The notes under the pieces: model-generated | What the model was told of the DNA's origin: nothing | Databases searched by the model: none | The model's input: the letters and a program-made list of their open reading frames with translations, nothing else | Assembly: GCF_009834535.1 (NCBI RefSeq) | Contig: NC_045696.1 | Span: forward strand, 103,604,001-103,668,000 | Source of the DNA: Camelus ferus | Taxonomy: Eukaryota | DNA length: 64,000 bases | Reading direction: 5' to 3' | Shown: piece after piece, positions 1 through 11,789 of the stretch | Numbering within the stretch: position 1 is the first letter of the stretch | How the letters are laid out: every line of letters starts with the position of its first letter | Made by a program: the position numbers and the translations under genes

Positions 1-59
1 AAACACTGCATGGCATCATGGGAGACTGTGCGGGTGGGGAGGGGGCAGCCCAGGCTTCC

Positions 60-455
60 AGTTAAGAACTTGTTTGAATCCTGTGCCTGTCAATTATTAG
101 CAGGGTGATTGTGGGTAATCTGCTTCACTTCCCTGAAACTCATTCTCTTCATCTGTAAAAATGATGGGGATATTGACCTCTTTGACATTTGTAAAGATTA
201 AATGAGATAACAAATGTAAAGTTTTTTCATTAGTAACATGTAGTTGATGATAACAAAGAATCATTATGAGGAATAATGGGTTAGTGCATGACAAATGCTA
301 AGAACAGAGCCTGGCACGTAGTAAATGCTCAGGTGGGACACCTGAGGCATAGTGAGGTTAAGTGATTTGTCTAAGGGCAGACACTGGTAAATGGTGCAGC
401 TGGGATTGAAATTCAGACAGTCTGGCTCCATGGCCCAAATTCCTAACCACTCTAA
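60..455. repeat. MIR SINE fragments
   Basis: MIR core motifs (ctcatctgtaaaaatg; tgaggttaagtgatttgtctaagg...gggattgaaattcag). Confidence 0.65.
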
Positions 456-474
456 GGTACCACCTATTAGATAC

Positions 475-862
475 TGTTATGGACTGAATATTTGCAGCCT
501 CCCCCCATCCCCATTTATATGTTGAAGCCCTAACCCCCTAGTGTGATGGTATTTGGAGATGGGGCCTTTGTGAGATAATTAGGGTTAGATGAGGTCATGA
601 GGGTGGGGCCCTAATGATGGGATTAGTGTCCTTATAAGAAAAGATACCTGAGAGCTCATTCCCTGTTCCCCCTTCCACCTCCCCCACCTCCCCCACCTCC
701 CCCAAGCTGTTGAGGTGGCCATCACCTACAGGCAAAGAGAAACAGCTTCAAAATGAAGCTTACATTACTGGCACCTTGATCTTGGATTTCCCAGCCTCCA
801 AACTTGGGAAAAATAGATTTCTGTTGTCTATGGTGTTTGATTATGGCAGCCCAAGCTAAGAT
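475..862 (+). mobile_element. MLT1A-type MaLR LTR
   Basis: tgttatggactgaat start; ggtatttggagatggggccttt; ccttgatcttggatttcccagcctcca. Confidence 0.8.
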
Positions 863-1123
863 GGTACTTATTCACAATATGAAGTATTTCTCATCAGCCT
901 TTTCTGGGTATTTACAGAAGCACAAAGTATACACACATACAATCTATAAACATTCTATTAAGACACTCTTAAGTTTTGAGTTTTTTGGTTACTATTTTAT
1001 CATGAACGTTCTTCATGTCATTTCCATACAGAGTAAATGTGTGGCCCAGGCTGGCAACTACCTAGGTGCTCAAGGCCAGAGTCATTGGCTGAGAAGTTAA
1101 GGAGGAGGCCTAAGGAGTAGATA

Positions 1124-1586
1124 TGTGAAGGAAAAGCTGGGCTGGTCTAACAAGATAACTCACAGGTCTAGGAATGTGAAGGAGAGGCTGGGCTGGGCTA
1201 ACAAGATAACTCACAAGTCTAAGTATTGGAATACTGATCTGAGTTCTGCTGGACTAACTTGTAAATCTAAGTTAATTAGTGTTGGTTTGCTGTTTATGTT
1301 TTTTTGCTAGCCAGCTGGATTTTCAGAGATACATATCTGGCTTTGAAATGTTGGTTTGCTGCCTCCCCACCTCCACTTTTGTGATGATAATGATGCTAAA
1401 GCTGTTCCTTGCCTATTGGCTGAATACCCCAAGCTTGTACTTTACCCTTTAAAACCTCATGCGCACGTCTTGGATGTGCTCAGAGCTTCGGAGCGGAAGT
1501 CCCTCTGAGCCCGCTGGCTTAACATCTGAGTACTCCAACCCTCCGAGTGGTGCTTGTTTCTTGATTGGCCTGTCGTTTCCGTAACA
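1124..1586 (+). mobile_element. Solo ERV LTR (class I-like), 463 bp
   Basis: TG...CA termini flanked by a 4-bp TSD GATA (1120-1123, 1587-1590); internal 51-bp tandem duplication. Confidence 0.8.
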
Positions 1587-1859
1587 GATACTCTGCTAGG
1601 TTTTCTCAGCTCCTCTGGCTTGACTCTTCTAAATGTGGTGGTGGGAGTGGGTCTGAGGGGGTGACAGCAGAGCCAGAGGGCCCTGCAGTGGAGGAGGAGG
1701 GGGAGGGGGAGGAGGAAGAGGAGGAGGAGCTCCCAGCCAGCCCAGCCCCAACAGCTGTGGGCTCCCAGGGCACAGGGAGAGGGAAGGCAAAGCGGGGCTG
1801 CTTTCTGCTCCCTCTTCTAAGGCAACAATTTCAACAGATTCGGGAAAGAATCCTCATTA

Positions 1860-2520
1860 CCTACTGAGGCCGGAAATCCGTACCCAGGGCGCCAGGCCCC
1901 CCTGCCCTGGGGATGTCCGAGTGGGGAGGGGCTGTGTCGCTGGGGTGGAGGAGAAGCGAACACAATCTCTATGGAGCCCAGGTCCCAGCCTGTCTGGAGT
2001 ATCTAACCAGGGGCCTCACCGTTCGCGGTGCCGGAGCCGCGTCTCCCCTCACCCCTCCCGCCCCCCGCCCCAGGCCTGCGCCCCGCACTCACTCCGGCGC
2101 ACTGTCTCCGCGCGTCCCTCGCCGGGCCAGCTTCCCGCGTCGGGTGCGCGCTATGGAGACGGCTGCCAGGGGCGGTCGCAGGGAAGGGCGGAGGTGGAGC
2201 CGGAGGGAGAAGAGTCGGGGGCTGGAGGAGGAGGAGGGGTGGGGATGACGGCAGGAAGGATCATGTTCCAAGGTTCGTAGGGACTCGGCCTTGGACCTGG
2301 AAAACTCCAGGTGTCCTCGCTGCGGGTCAGGGCGCCAATGGCACTGCGAGGGATGAGGTCTAAAAGGGACAGAAGCTGGGGACCCGTATCCTTGGTCATC
2401 AGTGGGGAATTACGGGGCAAGGGGCAGAAGTTTCGGAAGGATAAATATCTGTCTCTTACTCGCCTGCGCGAGGTCAGCTGTGGACCGCACCCGAGCCCCT
2501 ATCACGGTTTCCCAGAGAAA
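1860..2520. promoter_or_regulatory. CpG island (orphan; no coding gene attached in the window)
   Basis: Dense CpG and GC content; GC boxes (ccccgccc 2063-2070, gggcgg 2186-2191); ETS-like ccggaaat 1870-1877; CTCF-like cacaggagggcgc near 2672-2684. Confidence 0.75.
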
Positions 2521-2814
2521 CCGAGTTATACATGGTGGTTACATCCCACAGCAACAAGCAGAAACCAGTGTGAGAGGACTCTCCTGTCCACTCCAGAGAT
2601 TTCTTTTTTCTTTTTTCCTTTCCTTTTTTTTTTTTTTTTTTTTTTTTTGCGATTTTTTCCCCCTCCCCAATCACAGGAGGGCGCCAGGATAAAGGAGGCA
2701 GCTCAGAGGCTGGGCCAGGAAGTTCTTCTGGGGAATACGGAGAAAAGAGATGCAAAAGTATTTGGCGCTTTCGGAAGACGTGGATGGGGGAGAAAAAGAG
2801 ATTTTAAGAAGTCT

Positions 2815-3272
2815 TGCTGTGGGCAGTGGCTTTGGGGCTTGTAAATTTAAGGATTGGGGGCTCCCAAAGATATTCATGCCCCTATCCATGGAACCTGTGA
2901 ATATGGTACCTTACATTGCAAAAGTGACTTTGCAGGTGTGATTAAAGTTGCAGACCTTGAGACAGGGTTGTTATTCTTGATTATCTGGGTGGGGCCAATC
3001 TGATCGCCTGAGTCTGAAAACATAGAGTCCGGAAACTTTCCCCGCTGTGACAGAGAGAGAGGTGTGATCAGAGAGATGCAAGGAGAACTCAACCAGCTGT
3101 TGCTGGCTCCCAGGATGGAGGAAGGGGACACGACCCTCTAGAAGCTGGAAAGGTGGGGAAATGGATTCTCTCGAATCTGCATAAAGGAACCCAGACCTGC
3201 TGACACCTTGATTTTAGTCCAGTGGCTCCCATGTGGGACTTCTGACCTCTAGGACTGTCAGATAATAAATTC
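2815..3272 (+). mobile_element. MLT1 (C/D-like) MaLR LTR
   Basis: ggaacctgtgaatatg...gactttgcaggtgtgattaa; gacaccttgattttag...gacttctgacct. Confidence 0.75.
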
Positions 3273-3829
3273 CCTCCCTTTCTCTCTCTCAATATAGAAT
3301 AGGTTCTTAATAAATGTTTAATGAAAGAATGAATAAATAAATTGGATTAAATGGATTCACAGGAAACTGCAAATGGAAAATAGTCCTATAACTTCTCCAC
3401 ACTGGCTGTAGTTTTTTCAGTGTATATTTTAAACCCACATGGATCTAATTTGGCACAAAGTGATCAAAGTGGCAGGGGAGGTCAAGGAGGGCAAGGAGGA
3501 ATCCTCTCTTTGAACAGACATGACTTTCCAATGAGTCAGCACCCCTGGGTTATTTCTGCTTTGTGCAGCCTCTTCTCTTCCCCTGTTGGGCCCTAGTCCC
3601 ACTTCCTAAGACATAACCAGAGGCTGAGTGAGGGAGAAGTCTGGAGTAAAATGAGGAAGCGCACTTACAGGTCACGGACTAGGACTCAAACAGATGCTTG
3701 GGGAGCAGAGGATGATGAGGAAGGCCAGAGCCCAAGAGGATAGGGACAGAACCAGGGTCAGAAACTAAATAGATCATCAGAGACAAGATGAGGAGTCCCT
3801 GTGCACAGTGGGCAGGTTCATAAAGGAAA

Positions 3830-4340
3830 TGTAATGCTAGGATTAGGTTCAGCTGCGAATGTCAGCAACCCATTAACACTGGTTGGAACAATATAGAAGT
3901 TCATTTCCCTTTCATGTTAATGAAATTCAGGGGTAAGCAGTCTAGAGCTGCCACAGAAGACCCAAGGTCATGAGGAATCCAGGCTTCTTCTATTTTATTA
4001 CTCTGCCATCCTCAGTATGAGACTTTGACCTCACGGCCCAAAATGGTTGCTGAGCTCCAGCCATTTTGTTCCCATTTCGGATAGAAGGGAGGAAGGAGAA
4101 CTGGACAAAGAAGGGCACGTTCTCTCCCTTTAAGGACATTTCCCAGAAATCATGTATGACACTCTTGCTTACATTCCATTGGCCAGACCTACAGATATGA
4201 TCATACCTAGCAGCAAAGGAGGCTGGGAAATATGGTATTTATTCCAAGCAGACATGAGACCAGCTAAAAATGGGAATTTCTGTTACTTACAGAAGAAGGG
4301 AAAGATGGATACTGGGCATTAACTAGCAACCTGAGTCACA
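3830..4340 (-). mobile_element. Old MLT1 (K/J-like) LTR
   Basis: aaaatggttgctgagctccagcca; cttacattccattggccag; agcaaaggaggctgggaaat. Confidence 0.6.
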
Positions 4341-4519
4341 GCAGCTTTGTAAGTTGGGCAACCTGGAGCTCATTTCACTTTGTGTGACTTTAGGTGTGAC
4401 TCACCAGGGCTGAATTACCAGGGAGGCTAAGCATGTGTTTTGAGCTCCTGCAAAGCTGGGAGACAACACAATGGCAACAACAAATGCAGGGGAAGAATTT
4501 GATATTTCATATTTCAAGA

Positions 4520-4852
4520 AAAACCCTAGCAAAGTAGTTTTGGGAAAAGTCAGAAATTTGTTGAACTTTATTATCTGTATTTTGCAGTGCAGTGTTGTTT
4601 TGGTTTTCGATTTATGCATAGGAGTGAGGTGTTTATTTCCATGATCTTTTTGATTCTACACTTAATCCATGTGGTGTGTCATCTTTTTATAATCAGTGAC
4701 GCCATGTGGGGAAAACTATTCACACTACTTGCATGTAAAAAGTAATTTAACCTTTAACGTTAAAATATGTGGCAAAACCCAGAAAGCATCTGTCATGAAT
4801 GCAAGATACTTCCAATAAAAAATAAGTTACATAGTAGGTAGTAAAAAAAAAA
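4520..4852 (+). pseudogene. Probable 5'-truncated retrocopy of an unidentified mRNA 3'UTR
   Basis: AT-rich UTR-like block with AATAAA at 4814-4819 and A10 at 4843-4852; not a repeat I recognise; start approximate. Confidence 0.5.
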
Positions 4853-5139
4853 TCAGACCCTCAGAATGAATATTGGTATCAGCTCACCCCACCTGCGTGC
4901 CTTGCTCCCTGCTGACTGCAGCCACCAGAATCTCAGAAGGGCTTTGAGGTGAATTTGGCTTTTGGGGAGGGAAGCTGTTCTGCTACTGGATCATATGCCA
5001 GAGAGAAGGCAACCCAGGAGAAATCATGACGAAGAAGAAAAAGGAAGAGAGGAAAGAAGGAAAGTGAGCAGAGGAGGGAAGAGATACAGAGGAGGGTGTG
5101 AAGTCAGAAGGGGCAGAATAACTCAGGGGCGGTCCACCC

Positions 5140-5760
5140 TTGAGGCGGTGGTTCTTAAATGTCTCCACAAATATATCTACTCCTCCCTTCAAAAGGCAAA
5201 ACCTAATCACTCATTCCTTGAGTGACTCACTTGTAATGAATAAAATATGGTGGAAGTGATGGTGTGTGACTGGGTCACAAAGGGCATCATGACATCCTCC
5301 TTGCTCACCTTCTTGGATCACTGGCTCTGGGAGAAGCCAGCCACCATGTGGGGAGGACGCACAAGCAGCCCTGGGAAAGGCCCACGTGGTGAGGAACCCA
5401 GGCCTCCAGCCAAGGGCTGTGCGAGTGACATACCTTGGAAGTGGGGACCTTCAAACCCACTGAAGCCTTGGACTCCTGCAGCCTCATGAGAAACCTTGAG
5501 CCAGAATCACCCAGCTAAGCCGCTTCCAGAATCCCGACTCTCAAAAATTGTGTGAAATAATAAGTGTATGTTGGATTAAGCTGTGCTACAGGTGAAAAGA
5601 TGAATGGAAAGAGTCGGGTCCCTGATAGCGTCACGAAGCCGCTGAATCCCCGGGGCTGCCCTCCTCTGGGTTCTCTTTACATAAGGAAAGGAACACCCAG
5701 TTTATTTAAGGCAAAGCTATCCAGATTTCTCTTACCCACAGCAGAATGGCTGACACATCT
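5140..5760 (+). mobile_element. MLT1F-like LTR plus adjacent older MLT1 fragment
   Basis: ggatcactggctctgggagaagccagccaccatgtg; cccagctaagccgcttccagaatcccgact. Confidence 0.65.
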
Positions 5761-7149
5761 TCAGAAAATGTACAGACATTCAATCACACAATTAGAAAAG
5801 GAAGCCATGGGCACGTTTCACAGTTTTGATTGGGATCATTTTATTTAGAATTTTTATTGTTGACCTGTCTCTGAAAGGACATAGTAACAGCTGTGAAGAG
5901 AAAAGGATTATAGAGGCCAGAAATGATGACATTAATCTCTTTGGGTTCTCAAGAAGAACAAGGGGTTTTGAACTGAAAACATGAAAGCTGGCCCTGCTGG
6001 CAGCCAGGCCGCTGGTTTCCCCACATGCACATAAGCAATGTTCAGGTGAGCCTCCACCCTCCAAGGAGAGACAGAGCAAGGCCATTCCCCAAACACAAAA
6101 GTGACCAGACGACGCCCTCTTCTGATGAGTCTGAGTGACTGTTGCCCCTTCACCAGTTACAACCAAGTCCAGGGCTCCCGCTTTCTAGATGATATTACAT
6201 GTCCAGTTACCAAAATGCTCCCTTCTTCCTCGCAGCATCCAGTCTAGGACTGCCTCCCACCTCATCCTCCTGAGAATCACCTATGAGAATCCTGTGAGAA
6301 GTTCCTCCCAGTTCCATCTCCTGAGGCTCCGGGGCCATCCTCTTGTGCAGCAGCAAGCCCAATAAACGGAACATCGTTTTTCTCTAACTGCAGGTAAGTC
6401 TCTGGTAATCTTTGGTCAGTGGGCTTTAATAGAAACCCCCCAAACCAGAGCTTTAAGCCCTTCCCATCTCTAGTGGTCCCAAACAGAGGCTTAGGAGTAG
6501 TGCAAGGAGCTCCCAGCAGACCACAGGATCTCGGCTGCTAGGGGATGCTGCTACTATAGCTAGTTTGCTTGACCTTGGCCTCAAATAACTTCTCCCCCAC
6601 ACCTGTGTGTCTGTTCTTCCAGCACTGACTGGAAGGATAAGAAAAGGACCGTGGACCCTGAGATAGCCGCCGCCACCACCTTCCCAGGCCCACGTCCCCC
6701 AGCCGAGTTCCTTGGGAAGCTCCCCTCTCCTGTTTGCTCTCTCTTATCATCTTTCAGTCCTGACCAGGTCCATGTGGAAAAAAAGAGGCAAAGTCTTCAC
6801 TGAGGAAGCAGTGAGACCCTTGCATCAGGCAGGGAAAGAGGGAGTTTCTTCTTGAGGTATGCTTTGAGGGAATAGGAGGTTTTCCTGGGGTTGAGCAGGT
6901 GTGAAATTCATCGGCACTAGATGTAGGGCATTCAGTGAGCACTGGCCTTGCAGCCGTTTGCAGGTCTTTCTGAAACATGTTCTGGTCTGAAAAGACATCC
7001 CCAATGAAGATTGTAACTAAAAGAGCCAAGGAATGTTTTCCAACGAGAGACTCTATGGAGTAGGACATCTGCAGACAAGCTTCAAATAGTTTTTCAATGA
7101 GGTGAAGAGGATGATGATATAAAACTGAGTCTTCAATATGGGCGATATC

Positions 7150-7785
7150 TGTGCTTCTCAACCCCGACTACACATCAGAATCAGCTGGGAGAACTAAATG
7201 ACTGCCCATGCCTGGGAACCTATCACAGACCAATTACATGGGAATCTCTGGGGTGGGGCCCGGGCATCAGTATTTGTTGTCCATGATTCTACCATGCAGC
7301 CAGGGTGGAAAGGCACTTGTGTATGGAAGAACACTGAGACCGGGAATCAGGAATCAGCTCTCTCCTTCCCCAAGCAAAGTGTTCACCCACTATAATTTTC
7401 CTCATCTGCAAAATGAGCAAGGTTGATGAGTGTTTCTGAAACTTTAATATGCACACAAATCGCATAGTGATCTTGTCAGTATGAGATGCTGGTGCAGTAG
7501 GTCTTGAATGGGACCTGAGATCCTGCATTTCTAAGAAGCTCCCTGCATAAGGCTGAGGCTGCTGGTCCATGGACCACACTTTGAATGACAAGCCATAAGT
7601 TAGTGGTTCTCAAAGTGTGGCTCCCAGACCAACAGCATCAGTATCACCTGGGAAACTGTTAGAAATGCAAAATCTTGGGCCTTGTCCCAGACCTACTGAA
7701 TCAGAAACAGGACTTAGCTACCTGTTTTAACAAGCCATATAGGTGATGCTGATGGATGTTCAAGTCTGAGGAGCATGGCCCTGTG
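7150..7785. mobile_element. Cluster of three MER5-type hAT-Charlie DNA transposon relics
   Basis: cagtggttctcaaagtgtgg-like ends; gttagaaatgcaaa...cccagacctactgaatcagaa and its reverse complement. Confidence 0.7.
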
Positions 7786-7994
7786 AATTCTAAAATCTCT
7801 TCGACTTTGGAATTCTCTGTGCCCAGTCTTTTGGACTATCACAGTCTTGCTCCTTCTGAGTACCCCAAACTAGAAATTGATCAGCACTAGAAGTGACCCG
7901 GGAGGACCACCACTGTATGTTCCTTCCCAGCATTGTCCAAGTTTTAGTTCCCTGAGGAGCCATTCCCTGTGGCAACTTGGAGCTATCACTGCTT

Positions 7995-8415
7995 CCCTTG
8001 CATGATTTTATGTGTTAATTTGGTTGGGCCACAGTGTTCTGATATTTGGTCAAACATGATTCTGGATTTTTTTTGAAGGTGTTTTTTGGATAAGATTAAC
8101 ATTAACTCCATAGATTTTCAGTAAACAGATTGCCCTCCATAACATGGGTGGGCCTCATCCAATCAGTTGAAGGTCTGAATAGAAAAAGTCTAACCTCCCC
8201 TGAGAAAGAAGCAATTCTGCCAGCAGGCTGCTTTTGGATTCAACTGCAACTCTTCCCTGCAACTCCAACCTAGCAGCCTATTCCATCAGATATTGCAGAT
8301 TTTGGACTCACCGGGGCTCGACAATGGAAGAATTGGGCCATATTCTTAAAATATCTACCTACCTATTTATCTACACATCCTGTTGGTTCTGTTTCTCTGG
8401 AGAATACTAATGCAT
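7995..8415 (+). mobile_element. MLT2-type ERVL LTR
   Basis: gatatttggtcaaaca; gggtgggcctcatccaatcagttgaagg; ttggttctgtttctctggagaa. Confidence 0.8.
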
Positions 8416-8481
8416 CTAGCATTTGAAATTCCTTTCAGCTCCTCCCCCTCTTTAATGCCTCTGCTTTTAAAAAATTATCTC

Positions 8482-8580
8482 GGGGAGGATATAGCTCAGT
8501 GGTAGAGTGTATGCCTGGGGTGCATGAGGTCATGGGTTCAATCCCTGGTACCTCCATTAAAGAAATAATAATAATAAAAA
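8482..8580 (+). mobile_element. tRNA-derived SINE (Vic-1-like)
   Basis: A box tagctcagtgg, B box ggttcaatcc, (AAT)n tail. Confidence 0.85.
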
Positions 8581-9469
8581 GTGGTCTCCACATCTTTTCT
8601 GTTCTCAAGGCCAGATTCTCCGAGTAATAGTCAAGCATTGAAGGGGGAAAATACCCAGAAACCTAACAGATCTGCCACCTTGAAGATCTCAGATCAAGAG
8701 CAGTAGACCAGAAGGGCCAGGCTGAATGGAAATTCACTTCTTTAACTTCAAGGAGAATCTCATTATTACTACACTATCTGCTGCAAAATATCAGACACTT
8801 CTTTTAGTAGCTGTTAATAAACAGGGCAAAGTTATAACATTGAAGGCTTATTGTGGAAGTTGACAATTCTTTTCTTATTCAAATGAATTCAAATTAAGTT
8901 GAATATTCAAGTTTTTCTTTGGGTCCCACCCCTTGCACCATCCCAACTGAGAGCAGGGACAAAAAATGTGCTTGGCCTTCCTTTGGGTGTGGGTCCTGTC
9001 ATTGGCAGTCCCACCAGAACCTTAAGGAGTAGGGCGTTGGGCCAGAGGGAGGTAGGGGTGCAGGAGCCAGATGAAAGGTGAGGAGGATGCAGGTCAGGGA
9101 GAAACAATAAATATTCCCTATAGCATGAGATTCCCTGAGGGTAGATATGCATGGAAAGCAGAGTATGCTTTGAAACAGTACCTCTCACGAGCTAGCTTTG
9201 ATTGCTGTGGGTCCTCAGTACAGTCATCTCTCTGGGTGAAAGGTGGCCCACTTCATGGCCAAGTGCCTGCCTATATTCTGTGCAGAATGGCCAAATACAA
9301 CTTGTTTTTCATGGTCATCTTTTATGAAAAAGTCTTACAGAAGGGAGTTCGATTCAGATGAGAATCACCCAATTTCAAATATAAAAATAAGCTGTATAGT
9401 CCAACTTAATATAGAAATCTGTAGGATTTGATATGATAATGTGCAAGTTATTTCTTGTTTTTTTTTTTC

Positions 9470-10760
9470 TCAGTGCCACACCTGCCCTTGTACACTGTGA
9501 ACCACTGGGGCTGCGCATCTGCAGCTTACATCTCCCAGGCTCTTCTGCCAGCTGGGTCTCTGTTGGGTTCTGCCAGTTGGAGCACTGGTGGGAGACCAGA
9601 GGTGGGAGGGAGAGAGAAGAGTCCGTCTTTGGGCCTGATGGTGTGGCCGTTGTTGGCAGGCCCTGATGGTTGCTGTTGTGGGAGTAGAAGTGGGGTAACT
9701 CCTAAGTCCCAGCAGTCCAGTCAGAGGAAGAAGCTTTTCAGTGGTTCTATATCTTTGGTGGACTTGGAAACAACTACGACAGTGGTTCCAAAACTGTGGC
9801 AGCAGATGGAGCATTCCAGACTCCAGCTCAGGGTGACTTTGGCAGCTTCTGATATTTGGTTATCTCTTCCCGTCCTCCCTCACTCCCTTCCTTCCTTCCT
9901 TCTTCCCCGCAAATAAACAGGGTTTTTTTTTTTTTTTTACTGCATCTTTAAAATACCACATAGGTCTTATAGGTCCTAGGAATCATGTAGCATCTTGTTT
10001 CTGTAGCTGCACGGCTCTTAGATCTCAGTCATCAGCCTGCTGAACTGTTCCAATTCCAGAGACGCAGATACCAGCCCAATTTTCTAATATCCTTGTTCTT
10101 AACTGTTGTGGCTTGCTGAATCAAAGCAGCTGAATTTGAGACAACTTCACTGTCATTTCCTTCAAGAATTAACTCTTTTTTTTTTCCTGCGGCTTGAGAT
10201 ATTTAAGTAATGCCTGGCCTCATTTGAACCGGTGGGTGTATTTTTCACCCGAGAAATTTCAGATTTCAACAAGAGACTTATTCTTCTGAATAACAGCATT
10301 GGTGGGGGAATATACACCGACCTCATCTTGTAACGGAGGACCTTGTAGAACACTGTGATTGTGCTCTGTCCGTGACACAGATAGTACGACAGTAGCCAGC
10401 TCCTTTTGATTTCCCACCATTTGTCATCCTGGAGCCTCTTCTTTCTAAGGAGACTGAATTTGACATCAGTGTGACTGAAGTCCCTCTGCAGGGTTCCTCT
10501 GGGGCCCGTCACAATAACTGTGCGCCCCTTCAGAGCAATGTCGACATTTTCTGGAAGGTTGACGTTCTGATTACTACAAATGGTCTTCATTGTCACAGTA
10601 GACGCGGCAAAGAGAGCTCCCTGCTTCTTTCTTTTTGCTCCTCCTCCCTTTTGCTCTTCCAGTCTTCCTAACACCTTTGTAAAAATTCCCCGAGTTGAAT
10701 TCCCTCTATGTGAAACACCTGAAGTGCCTTCTCTTTCTAACTGAACCCTGACTGATATGG
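9470..10760 (+). mobile_element. Old ERVL LTR (LTR33/LTR16-like) interrupted by the RPL9 retrocopy
   Basis: ccagctgggtctctgttgggttctgccagttggagcactgg left of the pseudogene; gaaccctgactgata end right of it. Confidence 0.5.
9923..10616 (-). pseudogene. RPL9: RPL9 (60S ribosomal protein uL6) processed pseudogene
   Basis: Intronless. Pyrimidine (TOP-like) 5'UTR, ATG at 10590 ([38 protein letters not shown]), frameshift near 10412 after DKWW, ends VQQADD-TGA at 10025-10027, then 3'UTR and an A-run at 9923-9938. Confidence 0.93.
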
Positions 10761-10821
10761 AAAGCACAAATTTCTGAGTTTCACGTAAGGAAACTTAACT
10801 CTTACATTTAAATTGGCTCTA

Positions 10822-10990
10822 CTACTGTGTGCTTAGCATGCACGAGGTCCAGTACCTCCATTAAAAATAAATAAATGAATGAATAAATAAACCTAAATAA
10901 TTCCCCCTAAAATTAAGAAATATACCAAAAACAAACAAAAAATTTTTAAAAAAGTCAAGCTCGTGAAAGAAAGTCACATTAAAAAAATAA
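10822..10990 (+). mobile_element. Deleted Vic-1-like SINE
   Basis: gcttagcatgcacgaggtcc-agtacctccattaaaa...aaacctaa; flanked by aaattggctc on both sides. Confidence 0.75.
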
Positions 10991-11789
10991 ATTGGCTCAA
11001 CTTAATTTGAGCAGACAGTTTACAATAGTAGATGTTGGATCATTTTGGTCTCACCTATTTTTTGTGTTTTGGGTCCTTATAGAGAAAAGCCCTCAGGGGC
11101 TAAATAGTGTCTTTAAGATGATCTCTGGTGAGAAGCACACTGAGCAGAGGCGTGGGTCTGGCTGGGAAGGCACACACCCACGGTGTGCGAACTTCACCTG
11201 CGGGGCTTCGGCCCGCATCCAAGGTCTCTGGTTCCCTCCCCCACACTCTGTCCAGCTTTACCTTGGTCCTTCGTGTTTCTGGTCTCACCTGGAAGAGTTC
11301 TTGCTCTCTCCCAGGTGAGCCCATTGCTGACCTTCACACATGTAACATTAGTTCTCAACCAGGGAGATAATAAAAAGCATCAGGGAAGCTCCTCCTTACC
11401 AGCTCTTCCGCCCCATCAGCTTGTGGGCATGGCACTCGCAGGCAGTCTGAACCTTGTGGGTAACAAACTGCTCCTCAAAGCCTGAGACCAGCCACACCCC
11501 GCTTCCTGGGTGGGAGGCCACGGGGCTCTCCCAGGCCAGTCCCGTCTTGCCTGTCCTCACCGAGTGGAGCTGAACAAACACCGATTTTGAGTAAGTAAGT
11601 TTTGCCTACCAAACGAGCAGTGATTTTTAAAGAAAGATACTACTCAGTGACTCAGTGGTGAGACTCTTACTCATGCTGGTGGGAGTGTAGATCGGAACTC
11701 TTCTGGAGCGAGGTGTGTCTGTGTATCTCAATAATCCTAGATCTAGAAATTCCACACCTGGGATCCTACTGTAGGAAATCACTTAGATG

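Noticed and set aside
670..704. (CCCCCACCT)n short tandem repeat
   Set aside because: Local three-copy slippage inside an MLT1A element; no sign of function
1124..1225. Direct repeat resembling a CRISPR unit
   Set aside because: Only two adjacent copies, no spacers, inside an LTR in mammalian DNA
1565..2844. Several overlapping 90-177 aa ORFs
   Set aside because: Low-complexity products of a GC-rich island and poly-T tract; no recognisable domain or exon structure
5930..6430. Possible additional LTR with AATAAA at 6361
   Set aside because: Termini and TSD could not be defined; too uncertain to call
8482..8555. tRNA-Ala-like sequences (also near 14000, 25540, 56340, 58730)
   Set aside because: SINE heads with A-rich tails and TSDs, mutated stems; not tRNA genes
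10162..10767. 201-aa ORF with ribosomal protein similarity
   Set aside because: Frameshifted RPL9 pseudogene fused to LTR sequence; begins at a non-ATG codon
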